From assembly GCA_963677485.1 (NCBI GenBank), contig OY781964.1, forward strand, positions 736,001 through 800,000: 64,000 bases of DNA. The letters run 5' to 3'. The translations under genes and the position numbers were made by a program. This DNA is from Armatimonadota bacterium. GTDB taxonomy: Bacteria; Armatimonadota; HRBIN16. The notes under the pieces are model-generated. The model did no database searches. It saw only the letters and a program-made list of their open reading frames with translations, and was not told the origin of the DNA. Below, in pieces: positions 13,044 to 23,568 of this stretch (the first letter of the stretch is position 1; each line of letters starts with the position of its first letter).

Positions 13044-13417
13044 ATATATGACACCTCTATATTCGTTAAAATGAGCCGTTCCCTAAGAAATCAACATCTT
13101 ATTAGCCTATGCACAGTTTACCTAAAATCTAATCTGGCTATTCAAAGTCGTTAGCCTAGTATTATTGGTAGAAGCCTAAGGCATGTTGAATACGATCACA
13201 TGGTTGGCTCACTCTTCCGAAAGCACACGCAGATAACAAGGCAGCGATGAGAAACATGAAGAAGGCTGTATAGACTTTGCTCTGTCCATACAGCCTTCTT
13301 GATGGATCACATTGCGATACACGAACCACGAGTGCTACGGCTCGGAATGTTAGGCCAGTGTCCGTGCAGAAGAACCAGCTCATCCTGCCAGTTTTTGCAA
13401 TACATCCCCATCGGCAG

Positions 13418-13567
13418 CTAGAGTGTGGTTTTTCTGCCAGTCAGTAAATTGACCACCAGTACGATCACCGCAAGCACCAATACTAGATGAATGAGGCTGC
13501 CGCCGATGCCGCCAAGCAAACCAAGCAGCCACAGCACCACCAGAATCACGAATATCGTCCATATCAT
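13418..13567 (-). CDS. lmo0937-family small membrane protein
   Basis: MIWTIFVILVVLWLLG...GGSLIHLVLVLAVIV; AGGAG ribosome-binding site before 13567. Confidence 0.8.
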   Translation of the reverse strand: MIWTIFVILVVLWLLGLLGGIGGSLIHLVLVLAVIVLVVNLLTGRKTTL

Positions 13568-13708
13568 GGTTATTTCTCCTACAGCACCGATCATCAGATC
13601 GGTGTATCGTATCTGCTCCATACCTTTGTGATCCAGGCTAATGCAAGCCTCGACCCGGTACGCTCAGGATCATTTTTGGGTCATCGGTTGCCAGATATGG
13701 TTACATTA

Positions 13709-14116
13709 TCAGTGACCATACCATTTCATCTGCCACTCCTTCATCTGGGCAATTTCCTTCTGCTGAGCAGCGATGATATCACGTGCCATTTGCTTGATCT
13801 CCGGCCATGTGGCTTTCTCAAGCGCATCCTTTGCCATCATGATAGCCGCTTCGTGATGGGGTATCATCAGCGATATGAAACGATTATCATAGTTTGCGTC
13901 TTTCTCGCCTAACTCCTTCATCATCATGGCATCCATCATAGGTCTGTCCTTCTTTGAATCGCCACTCATCATCATGCCGCCGTCGTTTGCCATCCCTGAA
14001 CCCATAGGCTTCACAGGTGCTGTTGTTCCTTGTTGTTTTGCACATCCCACGAGAATGAGGGCTGCGATAACGCTCACCGCGGCCATCGACAAAACCAGGT
14101 ATCTTGATCTGATCAT
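13709..14116 (-). CDS. DUF305 ferritin-like lipoprotein
   Basis: Lipobox LVGC, Met-rich linker, FISLMIPHHEAAIMMA, IIAAQQKEIAQM. Confidence 0.85.
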   Translation of the reverse strand: MIRSRYLVLSMAAVSVIAALILVGCAKQQGTTAPVKPMGSGMANDGGMMMSGDSKKDRPMMDAMMMKELGEKDANYDNRFISLMIPHHEAAIMMAKDALEKATWPEIKQMARDIIAAQQKEIAQMKEWQMKWYGH

Positions 14117-14146
14117 TTATCGTTCTCCCTTGTAAGTAACAGGTCG

Positions 14147-14168
14147 TAGGCTGCCGTGCCAGCACGGG
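14147..14168 (+). repeat. 22-bp REP-like hairpin
   Basis: TAGGCTGCCGTGCCAGCACGGG is identical at 18777-18798. Confidence 0.7.
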
Positions 14169-14185
14169 TAGGTGTTTGTATGGAA

Positions 14186-14692
14186 CTACAGTAGTGGCTT
14201 CCCACTAGTTTTTGGCCGGGCCTTGATATAGGGTAAGCCGACTTGTAAGGCGGCCGCTGCAAGGGATCCAGCTAGTTTTAGTTTGGTACCAAGGCTGTTA
14301 TGTGATTTGAATACATTCGCAAACTGCACCCATGAGAAGACCTTGTCGAGGGAAGCCATTCGGACACTGATGATCTGAGAAATCTCGCTCACGGCTGCTG
14401 TGGTTTCATGAGTATGTCGAAGGGTAGGAATTAGCTCAGTTTGGATGTGATCCAGTAATTCCCCTGTTTGTGCCATGACACCAGGAAGCGTAGCATTGAG
14501 ATCAGTCACCAGTATGTTGGCATTTTTGATAAGTCCACCAGCACCAATGAGGGTAGCCTCCACACGCTCGGTAGTCGCTCGGATTCGAAACTCTGCTGTG
14601 ATCACTAGCAGACGCAGAGATATCAACAACCTAATCATATAGATTAGTGTGACGATGGCCGCGGTAATCAAGATAGCGATGAGAAACTCCAT
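14186..14692 (-). CDS. DUF948-like membrane-anchored coiled-coil protein
   Basis: N-terminal TM, helical repeats, GAGGAG ribosome-binding site. Family assignment is tentative. Confidence 0.55.
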   Translation of the reverse strand: MEFLIAILITAAIVTLIYMIRLLISLRLLVITAEFRIRATTERVEATLIGAGGLIKNANILVTDLNATLPGVMAQTGELLDHIQTELIPTLRHTHETTAAVSEISQIISVRMASLDKVFSWVQFANVFKSHNSLGTKLKLAGSLAAAALQVGLPYIKARPKTSGKPLL

Positions 14693-15030
14693 GTCCGTAT
14701 ACTCCTCATTCCTTACTCGGTGTATACCAAGTATGGCATGTTGCGGAGTAAGATAGCAATACGTTTCGTGCTAGTTTATTAACATTTTTGCTGGTAATTC
14801 TACCATATTTAGGCACCATAACAGGCTGGAGCTTTCGTCAACTATACACCATCAGATCCCCACCAGCACGAGTCACGAATGAGGTATAAGTCGTGATTGC
14901 GCTACACACGTTCGTGCCATAAACACCAGATTCACGGAATTTACAAGCCATCCCCCCCAAAGAATGATTTCTGACTTCGCACGGTGAAATTACAATTAGT
15001 ATTGTTTCGAAAACGAAAGGATCGCACCAC

Positions 15031-18000
15031 ATGCTCAACATCATAAAAAGAGCCGTCATCGTCGCAGGTCTTCTTTTTGCAGTCACCGGCTGCTACGCTG
15101 CAGACGCACTGGTGACAGGCTGGCAGAAGCCACCAGGCACCGCTAAACCACGAACCTGGTGGCACTGGATGAACGGCAATATCAGCAAACAAGGAATCAC
15201 CCGCGACCTCGAGGCCATGAAGCACGCAGGCATAGGCGGTGCCACCATATTCCAGGCGGCACTGCAGGAGCCCAAAGGGCCAGTGCCCTTCTTTAGCCCG
15301 GAATGGCACCAAATGATGTTGTTCGCGGCGCAGGAAGCCAAACGGCTTGGCATTGAGCTGAGTATGCACAACAGTGATGGTTGGAGCAGCAGCGGCGGAC
15401 CATGGGTCAAGCCTGAGGATGCCATGAAGATGCAGGTTTTTAGCGAAGTGCATGTCACAGCAGGCTCTGGAGCCGTCAAACTACCTCAACCCTACACGAG
15501 GATCAACACCTATGGTGACATCGCGGTGGTGGCCTTCCCCACGCCGGATGTGGAACGCGCGCAGATATCCGCTGCGAAACTCACCATACCCGGCAGTGAC
15601 ACCCCCATACCCAACGCCGATGTGTTGTGTGATGGTGATGTGAATACCACACTGGACATCGCTGCCAACCGGCCAGACGGCGGCAGTGAGCTGCGTATCG
15701 AGTTCGATCAGCCCACCGAAATCCGGCAGTTCACTCTGCGCCACTGCATGGGTGTGGCCAACTCCGTCACACTGGATGTATCTAAGCCGGATGGTTCCTG
15801 GGAGAACCTGGGCAGCTGGAACAGTAACATGTCCGGAGAGCGGCCAGAGTGGCAAGGATCCTGGCCTGTCAAGCCGACCACAGCCAGGCTCTTCCGAGTG
15901 GTCTTCAACGGTCCCGCTGGAGGACATGCTCGCCCAGGGGAGCTGCAGCTTAATGGCGGAGCCCGAGTGCGCGACATCAACATCAAAACACTCAGTGCCC
16001 ACTCCAATATAGGGGCACAGCGTGAGATCGCCATCGTGAAGCCTGGTTCCGCCATATCGCCCGAAAGCGTGAAAGACATTACGCAGTACATGAAGCCGGA
16101 CGGCAGCCTCGACTGGCATCCCACATCGGGCGACTGGACCGTGATCCGCTTCGGCTGGACCCCGGTCACCGTGACCAACCACCCGGCCACCGCAGAGGGG
16201 GTCGGTCTGGAGGTTGATAAACTCAGCTATCAGGCTGTCACAGACTTCTACAAAGTGGCCGTAGGCACCGTGGTGAAGAACCTCGGTCCTTTAGCTGGCA
16301 CGACGCTGAAGCACATCCTCATCGACAGCTACGAAACAGGTCCACAAAACTGGACCCAGGGTTTTGATGAAATCTTCAAGACTAAAAACAAGTATTCCAT
16401 CATCTCCTGGCTGCCTGTCCTCACGGGACGGTTCGTCAGCAACGATGAGCAGACGGAGCGGTTCCTGTGGGACTTCCGCAAGACCGTCAGCGACCGATGG
16501 GCGGATGTGTATTATGACGCCTTCCGCAAGCTCTGCAACAACGACGGCATGTTGCTTGAGTCAGAGCCTTACGGTGATGGCCCAATCAACTCCGTGCTGG
16601 AAGCCGGGCTCAGCAACATCCCGATGACCGAATACTGGGCTGGCTCTGACGGTTTTGGCGACATCACATACCAGGTAGTCAGTGGAGCGCATGTCACCGG
16701 TCGAAACATCATCGGCGCTGAAGCTTTCACCGGCGGCGGCTGGGAGTATGGCCCGTTTGAGCTTAAGCGGCTGGGTGACTCGCAGTGGTGCGAGGGTGTC
16801 AACCGATACGTCTACCACACCATGGCTCTCCAAGCAGATGAGAAGCTGCCAGGTTGGACACTCGGTTACTTCGGGACGTTCTTTAACCGTCACAACACCT
16901 GGTTCAATCAGACCGCATCTTGGAACCAGTATGTCTCAAGAAGCCAGTACCTGCTGCAACGCGGCGACTTTGTTGCCGATGTGCTGGAGCTAGCAGAGGA
17001 AGGCGCACTCGATGTGACCGACAACATCGGGCTTCCATTCGGCTGGCGTTCTGACCGCATCGTGTCACCTTTCCTTCTGAAGGCAACGGTCAAGAATGGT
17101 CGCATCGTGATGCCAAGCGGGATCAGCTACCGCCTGCTGATGCTGCCCAAGAGCGGACGAATGAGCGTGTCTACGCTGAGCAAGATACAGGAGCTGGTCG
17201 CTGCCGGTGCCACAGTGTTGGGTCTTCCACCCACCGAAACACCCGGTCTTGAGGCCTACCCACAGAGCGATTCCCAGCTTAAGGCGATCGTCCAAAAGTT
17301 ATGGGGCAACACGACTGTCAGCAAAGGCATGGGCAAGCGCAAGCTTGGTGCAGGGCTGGTCATGTGGAACATGAGCATCGTCCAGGCACTGCAGGCGTTG
17401 AAGGTTGGGCCCGATGTGCAGGTGACTGATAACTACAAGAAGGTCAGATATATCCACCGACGAACCGCGGATGCGGATATCTACTTCGTCTGCCACTCCG
17501 GGCAGGAGCCAGTGCAGCTTCAGATCGCCTTCCGCGCCACTGGCCGAATACCCGAGTATTGGTATCCCGATACCGGCAAGATGGAACAAGCCACGCAGTA
17601 CACCAGCACAAGGACTGCCACGACACTGCCCGTGCGAATGGACGGCACGGGATCGGTATTTGTGGTCTTCCGAGACAAATCCAGTAAGCCTGCACCCGTC
17701 AAAACGGTGAAGCAGAGCGTGACCACCAAGAAGCTCAAACTGCCATTGACTGTGCTCTCAGCACAATATGGAGTTCTGAATGACCCCGCCCGATGCATGA
17801 ATGTGACGGCGAAAATCACCAAGATGGTCGTTGACAACAGCCTCGAGTTGATGCCATCTAATGACACTTTCGGCCGCGACCCAGCCTCTATGACCGTCAA
17901 GCAGTTCTCTATCAAGTATAAGCTGGGTGACGAGGTGCTGGAGAAGACATACGCTGAGAACAGCTCGGTACTGATTCAGACATCAGGTCCAAAACGCGAT

Positions 18001-18615
18001 TACGCCTGGGTAGATGCCTCCGGTGCCGACAAGCTCAATCTAGTGGCAACCGAGCCCGGCAGCTACAAGGTGGCGCTTTCCAACGGTAAAACCCGCAGTA
18101 TTGCAGTCAAAGCACTACCATCTATGACCATTGCCTCACCCTGGCAGGTGGCATTCCAGCCGGGCTGGGAAGCCCCCGCCAGCGTGGTGTTTGACAAGCT
18201 GATCGACTGGTCACAAAGCGATGTTCAGGTCATCAAATATTACTCTGGCACGGCGGTCTATACCACCAGCTTTGATGTTGAACAAAACCTTACCGGCTCC
18301 AATCTCGATGTCTACCTGAACCTGGGGCAGGTAAAAATGATGGCTACGGTGAAGATCAACGGCAAGACGCTGGATACCCTCTGGAAGCCACCGTTCCGAT
18401 TGAACGTCACAGGGCTCGTGAAACCCGGTGCCAACTCATTGGAAATCGCCGTCACCAACACCTGGGTCAACCAGTTGATCCGTGACACTCAACGGCCTGC
18501 CGACCAGAAGAAAACATGGCTGACCTGGCAGCCGTATGATGGCTACTCACAACTGCAGTCCAGTGGTTTGATTGGGCCAGTCGTGCTCGAAACCGAAGCC
18601 AGGGTACAGCTCTAG
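15031..18615 (+). CDS. Secreted GH106-like (alpha-L-rhamnosidase family) glycoside hydrolase, paralogue 1
   Basis: Signal peptide, KPRTWWHWMNGN, GWSSSGGPW, IDSYE, AEAFT, SGLIGPV. Confidence 0.88.
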   Translation: MLNIIKRAVIVAGLLFAVTGCYAADALVTGWQKPPGTAKPRTWWHWMNGNISKQGITRDLEAMKHAGIGGATIFQAALQEPKGPVPFFSPEWHQMMLFAAQEAKRLGIELSMHNSDGWSSSGGPWVKPEDAMKMQVFSEVHVTAGSGAVKLPQPYTRINTYGDIAVVAFPTPDVERAQISAAKLTIPGSDTPIPNADVLCDGDVNTTLDIAANRPDGGSELRIEFDQPTEIRQFTLRHCMGVANSVTLDVSKPDGSWENLGSWNSNMSGERPEWQGSWPVKPTTARLFRVVFNGPAGGHARPGELQLNGGARVRDINIKTLSAHSNIGAQREIAIVKPGSAISPESVKDITQYMKPDGSLDWHPTSGDWTVIRFGWTPVTVTNHPATAEGVGLEVDKLSYQAVTDFYKVAVGTVVKNLGPLAGTTLKHILIDSYETGPQNWTQGFDEIFKTKNKYSIISWLPVLTGRFVSNDEQTERFLWDFRKTVSDRWADVYYDAFRKLCNNDGMLLESEPYGDGPINSVLEAGLSNIPMTEYWAGSDGFGDITYQVVSGAHVTGRNIIGAEAFTGGGWEYGPFELKRLGDSQWCEGVNRYVYHTMALQADEKLPGWTLGYFGTFFNRHNTWFNQTASWNQYVSRSQYLLQRGDFVADVLELAEEGALDVTDNIGLPFGWRSDRIVSPFLLKATVKNGRIVMPSGISYRLLMLPKSGRMSVSTLSKIQELVAAGATVLGLPPTETPGLEAYPQSDSQLKAIVQKLWGNTTVSKGMGKRKLGAGLVMWNMSIVQALQALKVGPDVQVTDNYKKVRYIHRRTADADIYFVCHSGQEPVQLQIAFRATGRIPEYWYPDTGKMEQATQYTSTRTATTLPVRMDGTGSVFVVFRDKSSKPAPVKTVKQSVTTKKLKLPLTVLSAQYGVLNDPARCMNVTAKITKMVVDNSLELMPSNDTFGRDPASMTVKQFSIKYKLGDEVLEKTYAENSSVLIQTSGPKRDYAWVDASGADKLNLVATEPGSYKVALSNGKTRSIAVKALPSMTIASPWQVAFQPGWEAPASVVFDKLIDWSQSDVQVIKYYSGTAVYTTSFDVEQNLTGSNLDVYLNLGQVKMMATVKINGKTLDTLWKPPFRLNVTGLVKPGANSLEIAVTNTWVNQLIRDTQRPADQKKTWLTWQPYDGYSQLQSSGLIGPVVLETEARVQL

Positions 18616-18638
18616 CATCAATTTCTGAGTAACTAGCC

Positions 18639-18798
18639 GTAGGGGCACCCCTTGTGGGCGCCCTAAACAAGCTATCGAACGATCCACGATTAGGGCGCCC
18701 ACAAGGGGCGCCCCTACGACAGTATCAGATTAGGGCGCCTACAAGGAGCGCCCCAACGACCGAATCCGTTACAGTATAGGCTGCCGTGCCAGCACGGG
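18639..18798. repeat. REP cluster (GTAGGGGC family x3 plus the 22-bp hairpin)
   Basis: GTAGGGGCACCCCTTGTGGGCGCCCT, with inverted copies at 18692-18717 and 18732-18757. Confidence 0.85.
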
Positions 18799-18836
18799 CG
18801 GTTGCTTGATACAGATCGATGAAAGGACCCCTCCGT

Positions 18837-21800
18837 ATGCATAAAAATAACAGTAAAGCCGTGATCATTGCCAGTATGCTGATGATGACCACTTGCGCCT
18901 TCGCCGCCGACGCTCTGGTGTCTGGCTGGCAGAAACCGCCCGATACCGCGAAACCACGCACATGGTGGCACTGGATGCACGGCAACATCACCAAGCAGGG
19001 CATTACCCGCGACCTTGAGGCCATGAAGCGCGTAGGGATAGGTGGAGCCACCATCTTTAACGCCTCACTGGCGCCCAAAGGCAAGGTGCTATTCTTTACC
19101 CCCGAATGGCACGAGATGATGGTGTTTGCGGCCAAGGAGGCGAACCGCCTCGGGCTTGAGCTCAGCATGCACAACAGCGAAGGCTGGAGCAGCAGCGGCG
19201 GCCCATGGGTCAAACCTGTAGATGCCATGAAAATGCTGGTGTATTCTGAGACCCGAGTCACGAGTGACACCAGTAAAGTGGCTTTGGCACAGCCCTATAC
19301 ACGCCTGAATACATACGGCGATGTTTCAGTCATCGCATTCCCCACCCCCGCTGCAGAGCAGCACGCGATGCTCCCCTCAGCCGTGCTGACCGTGGCGGGC
19401 AGCAGTGAGCCCCTAAGCAACCCCCAGCGGTTATGGGATGGCGATGTAAAAACCACTGTTCGTATTCCCGCCAGTCAATCTGACGGTGGTAGTGTGCTGG
19501 ATATCGAATTCAAGCAGCCCACCGAGGTTCGCCAGCTCACCTTGGCACAGTGCGTCAACATGTGCGACACCATAACACTGGAGGCCGCCACCGCCTCTGG
19601 CCAGTGGCAGCAGTTGGGTCAGTGGTCGGGCAACATGCTCGGTGACCGCCCCGACTGGCGCGGTTCCTGGCCCTGCACACCTGCGAAGGCCAGCCATTAT
19701 CGCATCATCTTCAAGCGTCCTTCCAATGGGCGAATCGAGCTGGGGGAACTCAGCCTGGATGCCGGGGCACGCGTGCCCAACATCGACACTAAAACATACA
19801 GCGTCCATGCAGGACAACCTGCAGAACGGCAGAAATCAACCGTTCCCGCAGGATCAGCCATTAACCCCGCCAGTGTGATAGACATCACACGCCACATGCA
19901 GGCGGATGGCAACCTCGACTGGCGTCCCACATCCGGTGACTGGACCGTCATCCGGTTTGGCTGGACACCTATCAGCGTGCAGAACCACCCCGCCTCAGAA
20001 GAGGGCATCGGCCTAGAGATCGACAAACTGAACTACGAGGCCGTCTCCGGGTTTTACAAGGTTGCAGTGGGCACCATTGTGAAAAATATGGGGCCACTCG
20101 CCGGCACGACTTTGAAAAACATCCTCATCGACAGCTACGAAACAGGCCCACAAAACTGGACACCAGGTTTTGAAGCTATCTTCAAAGATCACACAAAATA
20201 CTCCATCACAACCTGGATGCCGGCTCTCACTGGCCGTTACGTGGGCAATGACGAACAGACCGAACGGTTCCTGTGGGACTTCCGCAAGACCATCGGTGAC
20301 CGCTGGGCGCAGGTCTACTACGACGCCTTCCGCAAGCTCTGCCATGCCGACGGCATGCTGCTGGAATCGGAGCCTTACGGCGATGGACCCATCAACTCGG
20401 TACTGAATGGTGCCCTGAGCGATGTCCCCATGACCGAATTCTGGGCTGGCACTGACGGCTATGCTGACACCACCTATCAAGTGGCCAGCGGGGCGCACAT
20501 CGGCGGACGACGGGTGATCGGTGCCGAAGCTTTCACAGGAAATGCCGATAGCTGGCAATACGGACCATTTGAGATCAAGCGGCTGGGTGAAACCCAGTGG
20601 TGTCTTGGCGTCAACCGGTATATATTCCACACGACCGCACTGCAATACGACGAGAAACTTCCTGGCATGGCCCTCGGACCACACGGTATGCATTTCGACA
20701 GACACAATACCTGGTTCGAGCAGAGCGCGGTCTGGATGAAATACATCGCCCGCAGCCAGTATCTGCTGCAACAAGGCAACTTCGTGGCCGATGTTCTGCA
20801 TCTGGCCGAAGAAGGAACGATGGAAGGCACCGATGACATAGGACTGCCGTTTGGATGGCGTTCCGACCGCATCGTCGCCCCCTTCCTCATGCGCGCCAGC
20901 GTGAAGAACGGCTTGATCGTTCTGCCAAGCGGCATGAGTTACCGGCTTCTGGTGTTGCCATCCAGTGGACGGCTGAGTGTACCCACACTCCGCAAGATCC
21001 GTGACCTTGTCGACGCGGGTGCTACCATCATGGGTAACCCACCCACTGAGACACCAGGACTGAGTGCATACCCTGGCTGCGATGCACAGCTCAAGTCGAT
21101 TGCCAATAGCCTCTGGGGCGCGAACAGGACCAAACGCAAACTCAACTGGAGCAAAGTAGGTAAAGGGCTCGTTCTAGACACGATGCCTATTCAGCTTGCA
21201 CTTAACCGCATCGGTGTGCTCCCTGACCTCAAGGTACTGAATTCCTACAAACAGGTCAGTTTCATTCATCGCCGCACAGCCAATGCTGACATCTATTTTG
21301 TATGCAACACAGGCGAGGAGCCTGCGCAGTTGCAGATGTCCTTCCGAACAACCGGACGAATCCCTGAACTATGGCACCCCGATAGCGGTAAGACGGAACG
21401 AGCCAGCAGCTATACCAGCAACAAAGAAACGACCACGCTGCCGATCAGGCTGGACGGCACCGGCTCGGTGTTTGTCGTGTTCCGCACCAAGTCAACGGCT
21501 CCTGCCCCTGTCCGCTTGGTGAAGCAAAGCGCATCATCAGCTCCCGCCAAACTGCCGCTCAAAATACTAAGTGCGCAATATGGTGTGTTAGGCGATGATT
21601 CACGCACGATGGATGTCACGCAACTCGTGACAAAGTTGGTCAAAGCCAACAGCCTCGAAATGCTGGCCTCCAACACCACATTTGGCCGTGATCCTGCTGG
21701 CCTCGTGGTGAAGGGGTTCTATATCAAGTACCAACTGGGTAGTGAAATCATCGAAAAGAGTGTCGGTGAAAACACCACCATACTGATCCAGGCTCAAGGA

Positions 21801-22430
21801 CCCTCACAAGATGCAGCATGGGTTGAAGCTGATATGGACGGCAAGCTGACACTGAACGCAACCAGCTCTGGTCTGTTCCAGGTTACGGGCACAAACAAAG
21901 ATAATACGACACTTACAGTGAAAGCACTGCACACCCAATCCATCAACAGCACCTGGCAAGTAGGATTCAAACCCGGCTGGGATGCCCCCGCCACCGCCAC
22001 GTTCCCCAAGTTGATCGACTGGACGAAAAGCGAAGACAAGGGCATCAAATACTACTCGGGAACAGCGACCTATACCACGCGGTTCACTGTGCAGAAGGCC
22101 ATCCAATCAGCAAACCAGCGGGTTTACCTCGACCTGGGCAAGGTCTGCGTCTTCGCCAACGTGAAGCTCAACGGCAAGGACATGGGCACCCTATGGAAAC
22201 CGCCGTTCCGAGTGGACGTGACCGATGTGCTGATACCTGGCAGCAACGAGCTGCAGGTTCAAATCACCAACAACTGGGTGAACCAGCTCATCCGCGACCA
22301 GCAACGCCCGGCAAGCCAGAAGAAGACATCGCTTCCCTGGCAGGTCTACAACGCCAACTCACCGCTGCAAACCAGCGGTTTGCTTGGCCCTGTAAAGCTG
22401 ATCACCGAAGCACGCATTCCGTTGAAGTAA
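18837..22430 (+). CDS. Secreted GH106-like glycoside hydrolase, paralogue 2
   Basis: Collinear with paralogue 1 and carries the same motifs; GAAAGGA ribosome-binding site before the ATG at 18837. Confidence 0.88.
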   Translation: MHKNNSKAVIIASMLMMTTCAFAADALVSGWQKPPDTAKPRTWWHWMHGNITKQGITRDLEAMKRVGIGGATIFNASLAPKGKVLFFTPEWHEMMVFAAKEANRLGLELSMHNSEGWSSSGGPWVKPVDAMKMLVYSETRVTSDTSKVALAQPYTRLNTYGDVSVIAFPTPAAEQHAMLPSAVLTVAGSSEPLSNPQRLWDGDVKTTVRIPASQSDGGSVLDIEFKQPTEVRQLTLAQCVNMCDTITLEAATASGQWQQLGQWSGNMLGDRPDWRGSWPCTPAKASHYRIIFKRPSNGRIELGELSLDAGARVPNIDTKTYSVHAGQPAERQKSTVPAGSAINPASVIDITRHMQADGNLDWRPTSGDWTVIRFGWTPISVQNHPASEEGIGLEIDKLNYEAVSGFYKVAVGTIVKNMGPLAGTTLKNILIDSYETGPQNWTPGFEAIFKDHTKYSITTWMPALTGRYVGNDEQTERFLWDFRKTIGDRWAQVYYDAFRKLCHADGMLLESEPYGDGPINSVLNGALSDVPMTEFWAGTDGYADTTYQVASGAHIGGRRVIGAEAFTGNADSWQYGPFEIKRLGETQWCLGVNRYIFHTTALQYDEKLPGMALGPHGMHFDRHNTWFEQSAVWMKYIARSQYLLQQGNFVADVLHLAEEGTMEGTDDIGLPFGWRSDRIVAPFLMRASVKNGLIVLPSGMSYRLLVLPSSGRLSVPTLRKIRDLVDAGATIMGNPPTETPGLSAYPGCDAQLKSIANSLWGANRTKRKLNWSKVGKGLVLDTMPIQLALNRIGVLPDLKVLNSYKQVSFIHRRTANADIYFVCNTGEEPAQLQMSFRTTGRIPELWHPDSGKTERASSYTSNKETTTLPIRLDGTGSVFVVFRTKSTAPAPVRLVKQSASSAPAKLPLKILSAQYGVLGDDSRTMDVTQLVTKLVKANSLEMLASNTTFGRDPAGLVVKGFYIKYQLGSEIIEKSVGENTTILIQAQGPSQDAAWVEADMDGKLTLNATSSGLFQVTGTNKDNTTLTVKALHTQSINSTWQVGFKPGWDAPATATFPKLIDWTKSEDKGIKYYSGTATYTTRFTVQKAIQSANQRVYLDLGKVCVFANVKLNGKDMGTLWKPPFRVDVTDVLIPGSNELQVQITNNWVNQLIRDQQRPASQKKTSLPWQVYNANSPLQTSGLLGPVKLITEARIPLK

Positions 22431-22437
22431 CCCAACC

Positions 22438-22470
22438 AAAAGGGGCACCCAACCGGGTGCCCCTTTTTTT
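22438..22470 (+). terminator. Intrinsic terminator (probably bidirectional)
   Basis: AAAAGGGGCACCC-AACC-GGGTGCCCC-TTTTTTT directly after the stop codon. Confidence 0.9.
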
Positions 22471-22480
22471 CTATTGGACG

Positions 22481-22537
22481 CATCGGGCGGATCAGACCAC
22501 TATGTTAATTCGTCCGATCTGTCGAATCCGTCCGATG
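22481..22537. repeat. Short TCCGAT/CGGATC-type repeat patch
   Basis: ATCGGGCGGATC...GTCCGATCTGTCGAATCCGTCCGAT; a related patch lies at 34235-34262. Confidence 0.5.
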
Positions 22538-22568
22538 AATAACAATCTAGTTACAACAACCGCTCGTT

Positions 22569-23423
22569 CTACCTGGCTACTATCACCCGGTTTCCCCGCT
22601 CCACGACGGGCAGGAACAGCGGTCGCTCATTGAAGGCGCTGTTGGGCTGGTGTAAACACATGGTAAGCTGCCCCTTCAGGCTGGTAAAGATCATTCCATG
22701 CCCGCCATCATTGGTGTAGATAGGCCATCTCTCTTGAACCCACGGTCCGGTGATTTCACCGCTCAAGGAATGTGCAACCGCCTGGCAGTATCCATCAGCG
22801 GCAAAACTGCTCCACAACATGATCAAATGGCCGTTGCCCAGTCGGTGAAGAAAGCAGCCATCTGTCACTTTGCCTTTTTTTACGGATTCCCAGGGGATAT
22901 CCAAACACCACTTGGCATCACCCGCACGAAACAGCAGCACAGGGGCCCCTACTGGTCGGCTGAGATCATCACTCAGCGGCATGGCACATACCTCACCGTT
23001 ACTGACCTGCACCCATTCGTGGCAGAACACGATCAACGGTTTACCCTTCTTGTCTACATACAGCGAGCCGTCCAGGCACTCCCACTCCGCAGGTGTCACA
23101 GGAAACTGCGATATCGGTACGAAGGGGCCGTCCGGGTTGGCCGACTTGAAAATCTGGGTACCGCGCCGCCTCTTCTCACTATGGATGCTGGCAAAAAGAT
23201 AGTAGCTGCCCTTCCACTCGTGTATCTCAGGTGCCCACCAATCTCGGTCAGCCCAGAAACCAGGTTGCGGTCGGAAGGCTGCGATAGGGCCCTCCCAACT
23301 CTCCAAATCGCTGCTTGTGAAGACGTCGTAGCCCACAGCCACTGTGCCAGTCATGATGTATCGCTGCCTGGCCCGATCGACGACTACAAAGGGATCACGA
23401 ATATGTAAATCAGCTCGTTTCAT
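22569..23423 (-). CDS. GH43 family glycoside hydrolase
   Basis: IRDPFV, WAPEIH, CLDG, GGHGMIF; AGGAGG ribosome-binding site before 23423. Confidence 0.9.
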   Translation of the reverse strand: MKRADLHIRDPFVVVDRARQRYIMTGTVAVGYDVFTSSDLESWEGPIAAFRPQPGFWADRDWWAPEIHEWKGSYYLFASIHSEKRRRGTQIFKSANPDGPFVPISQFPVTPAEWECLDGSLYVDKKGKPLIVFCHEWVQVSNGEVCAMPLSDDLSRPVGAPVLLFRAGDAKWCLDIPWESVKKGKVTDGCFLHRLGNGHLIMLWSSFAADGYCQAVAHSLSGEITGPWVQERWPIYTNDGGHGMIFTSLKGQLTMCLHQPNSAFNERPLFLPVVERGNRVIVAR

Positions 23424-23493
23424 GCGGTCCTCCTGTGATGTTATACCAACATATCGATTCACCATCGCAGCTTGAGATTCCTGCGATAATTAT

Positions 23494-23511
23494 TTGTGAA
23501 ATAATACACAA
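23494..23511. promoter_or_regulatory. Rex operator
   Basis: TTGTGAA-ATAA-TACACAA, one mismatch to TTGTGAA-N4-TTCACAA, upstream of rex. Confidence 0.75.
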
Positions 23512-23568
23512 TCGCCTCCGAGGCCAGTATAATGTATATATATCTACATGTGGAGGACAGGAGCAGCT

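Noticed and set aside
13162-13383. Small ORF with an LSAC lipobox-like motif
   Set aside because: No clear ribosome-binding site or proper signal peptide; support is insufficient.
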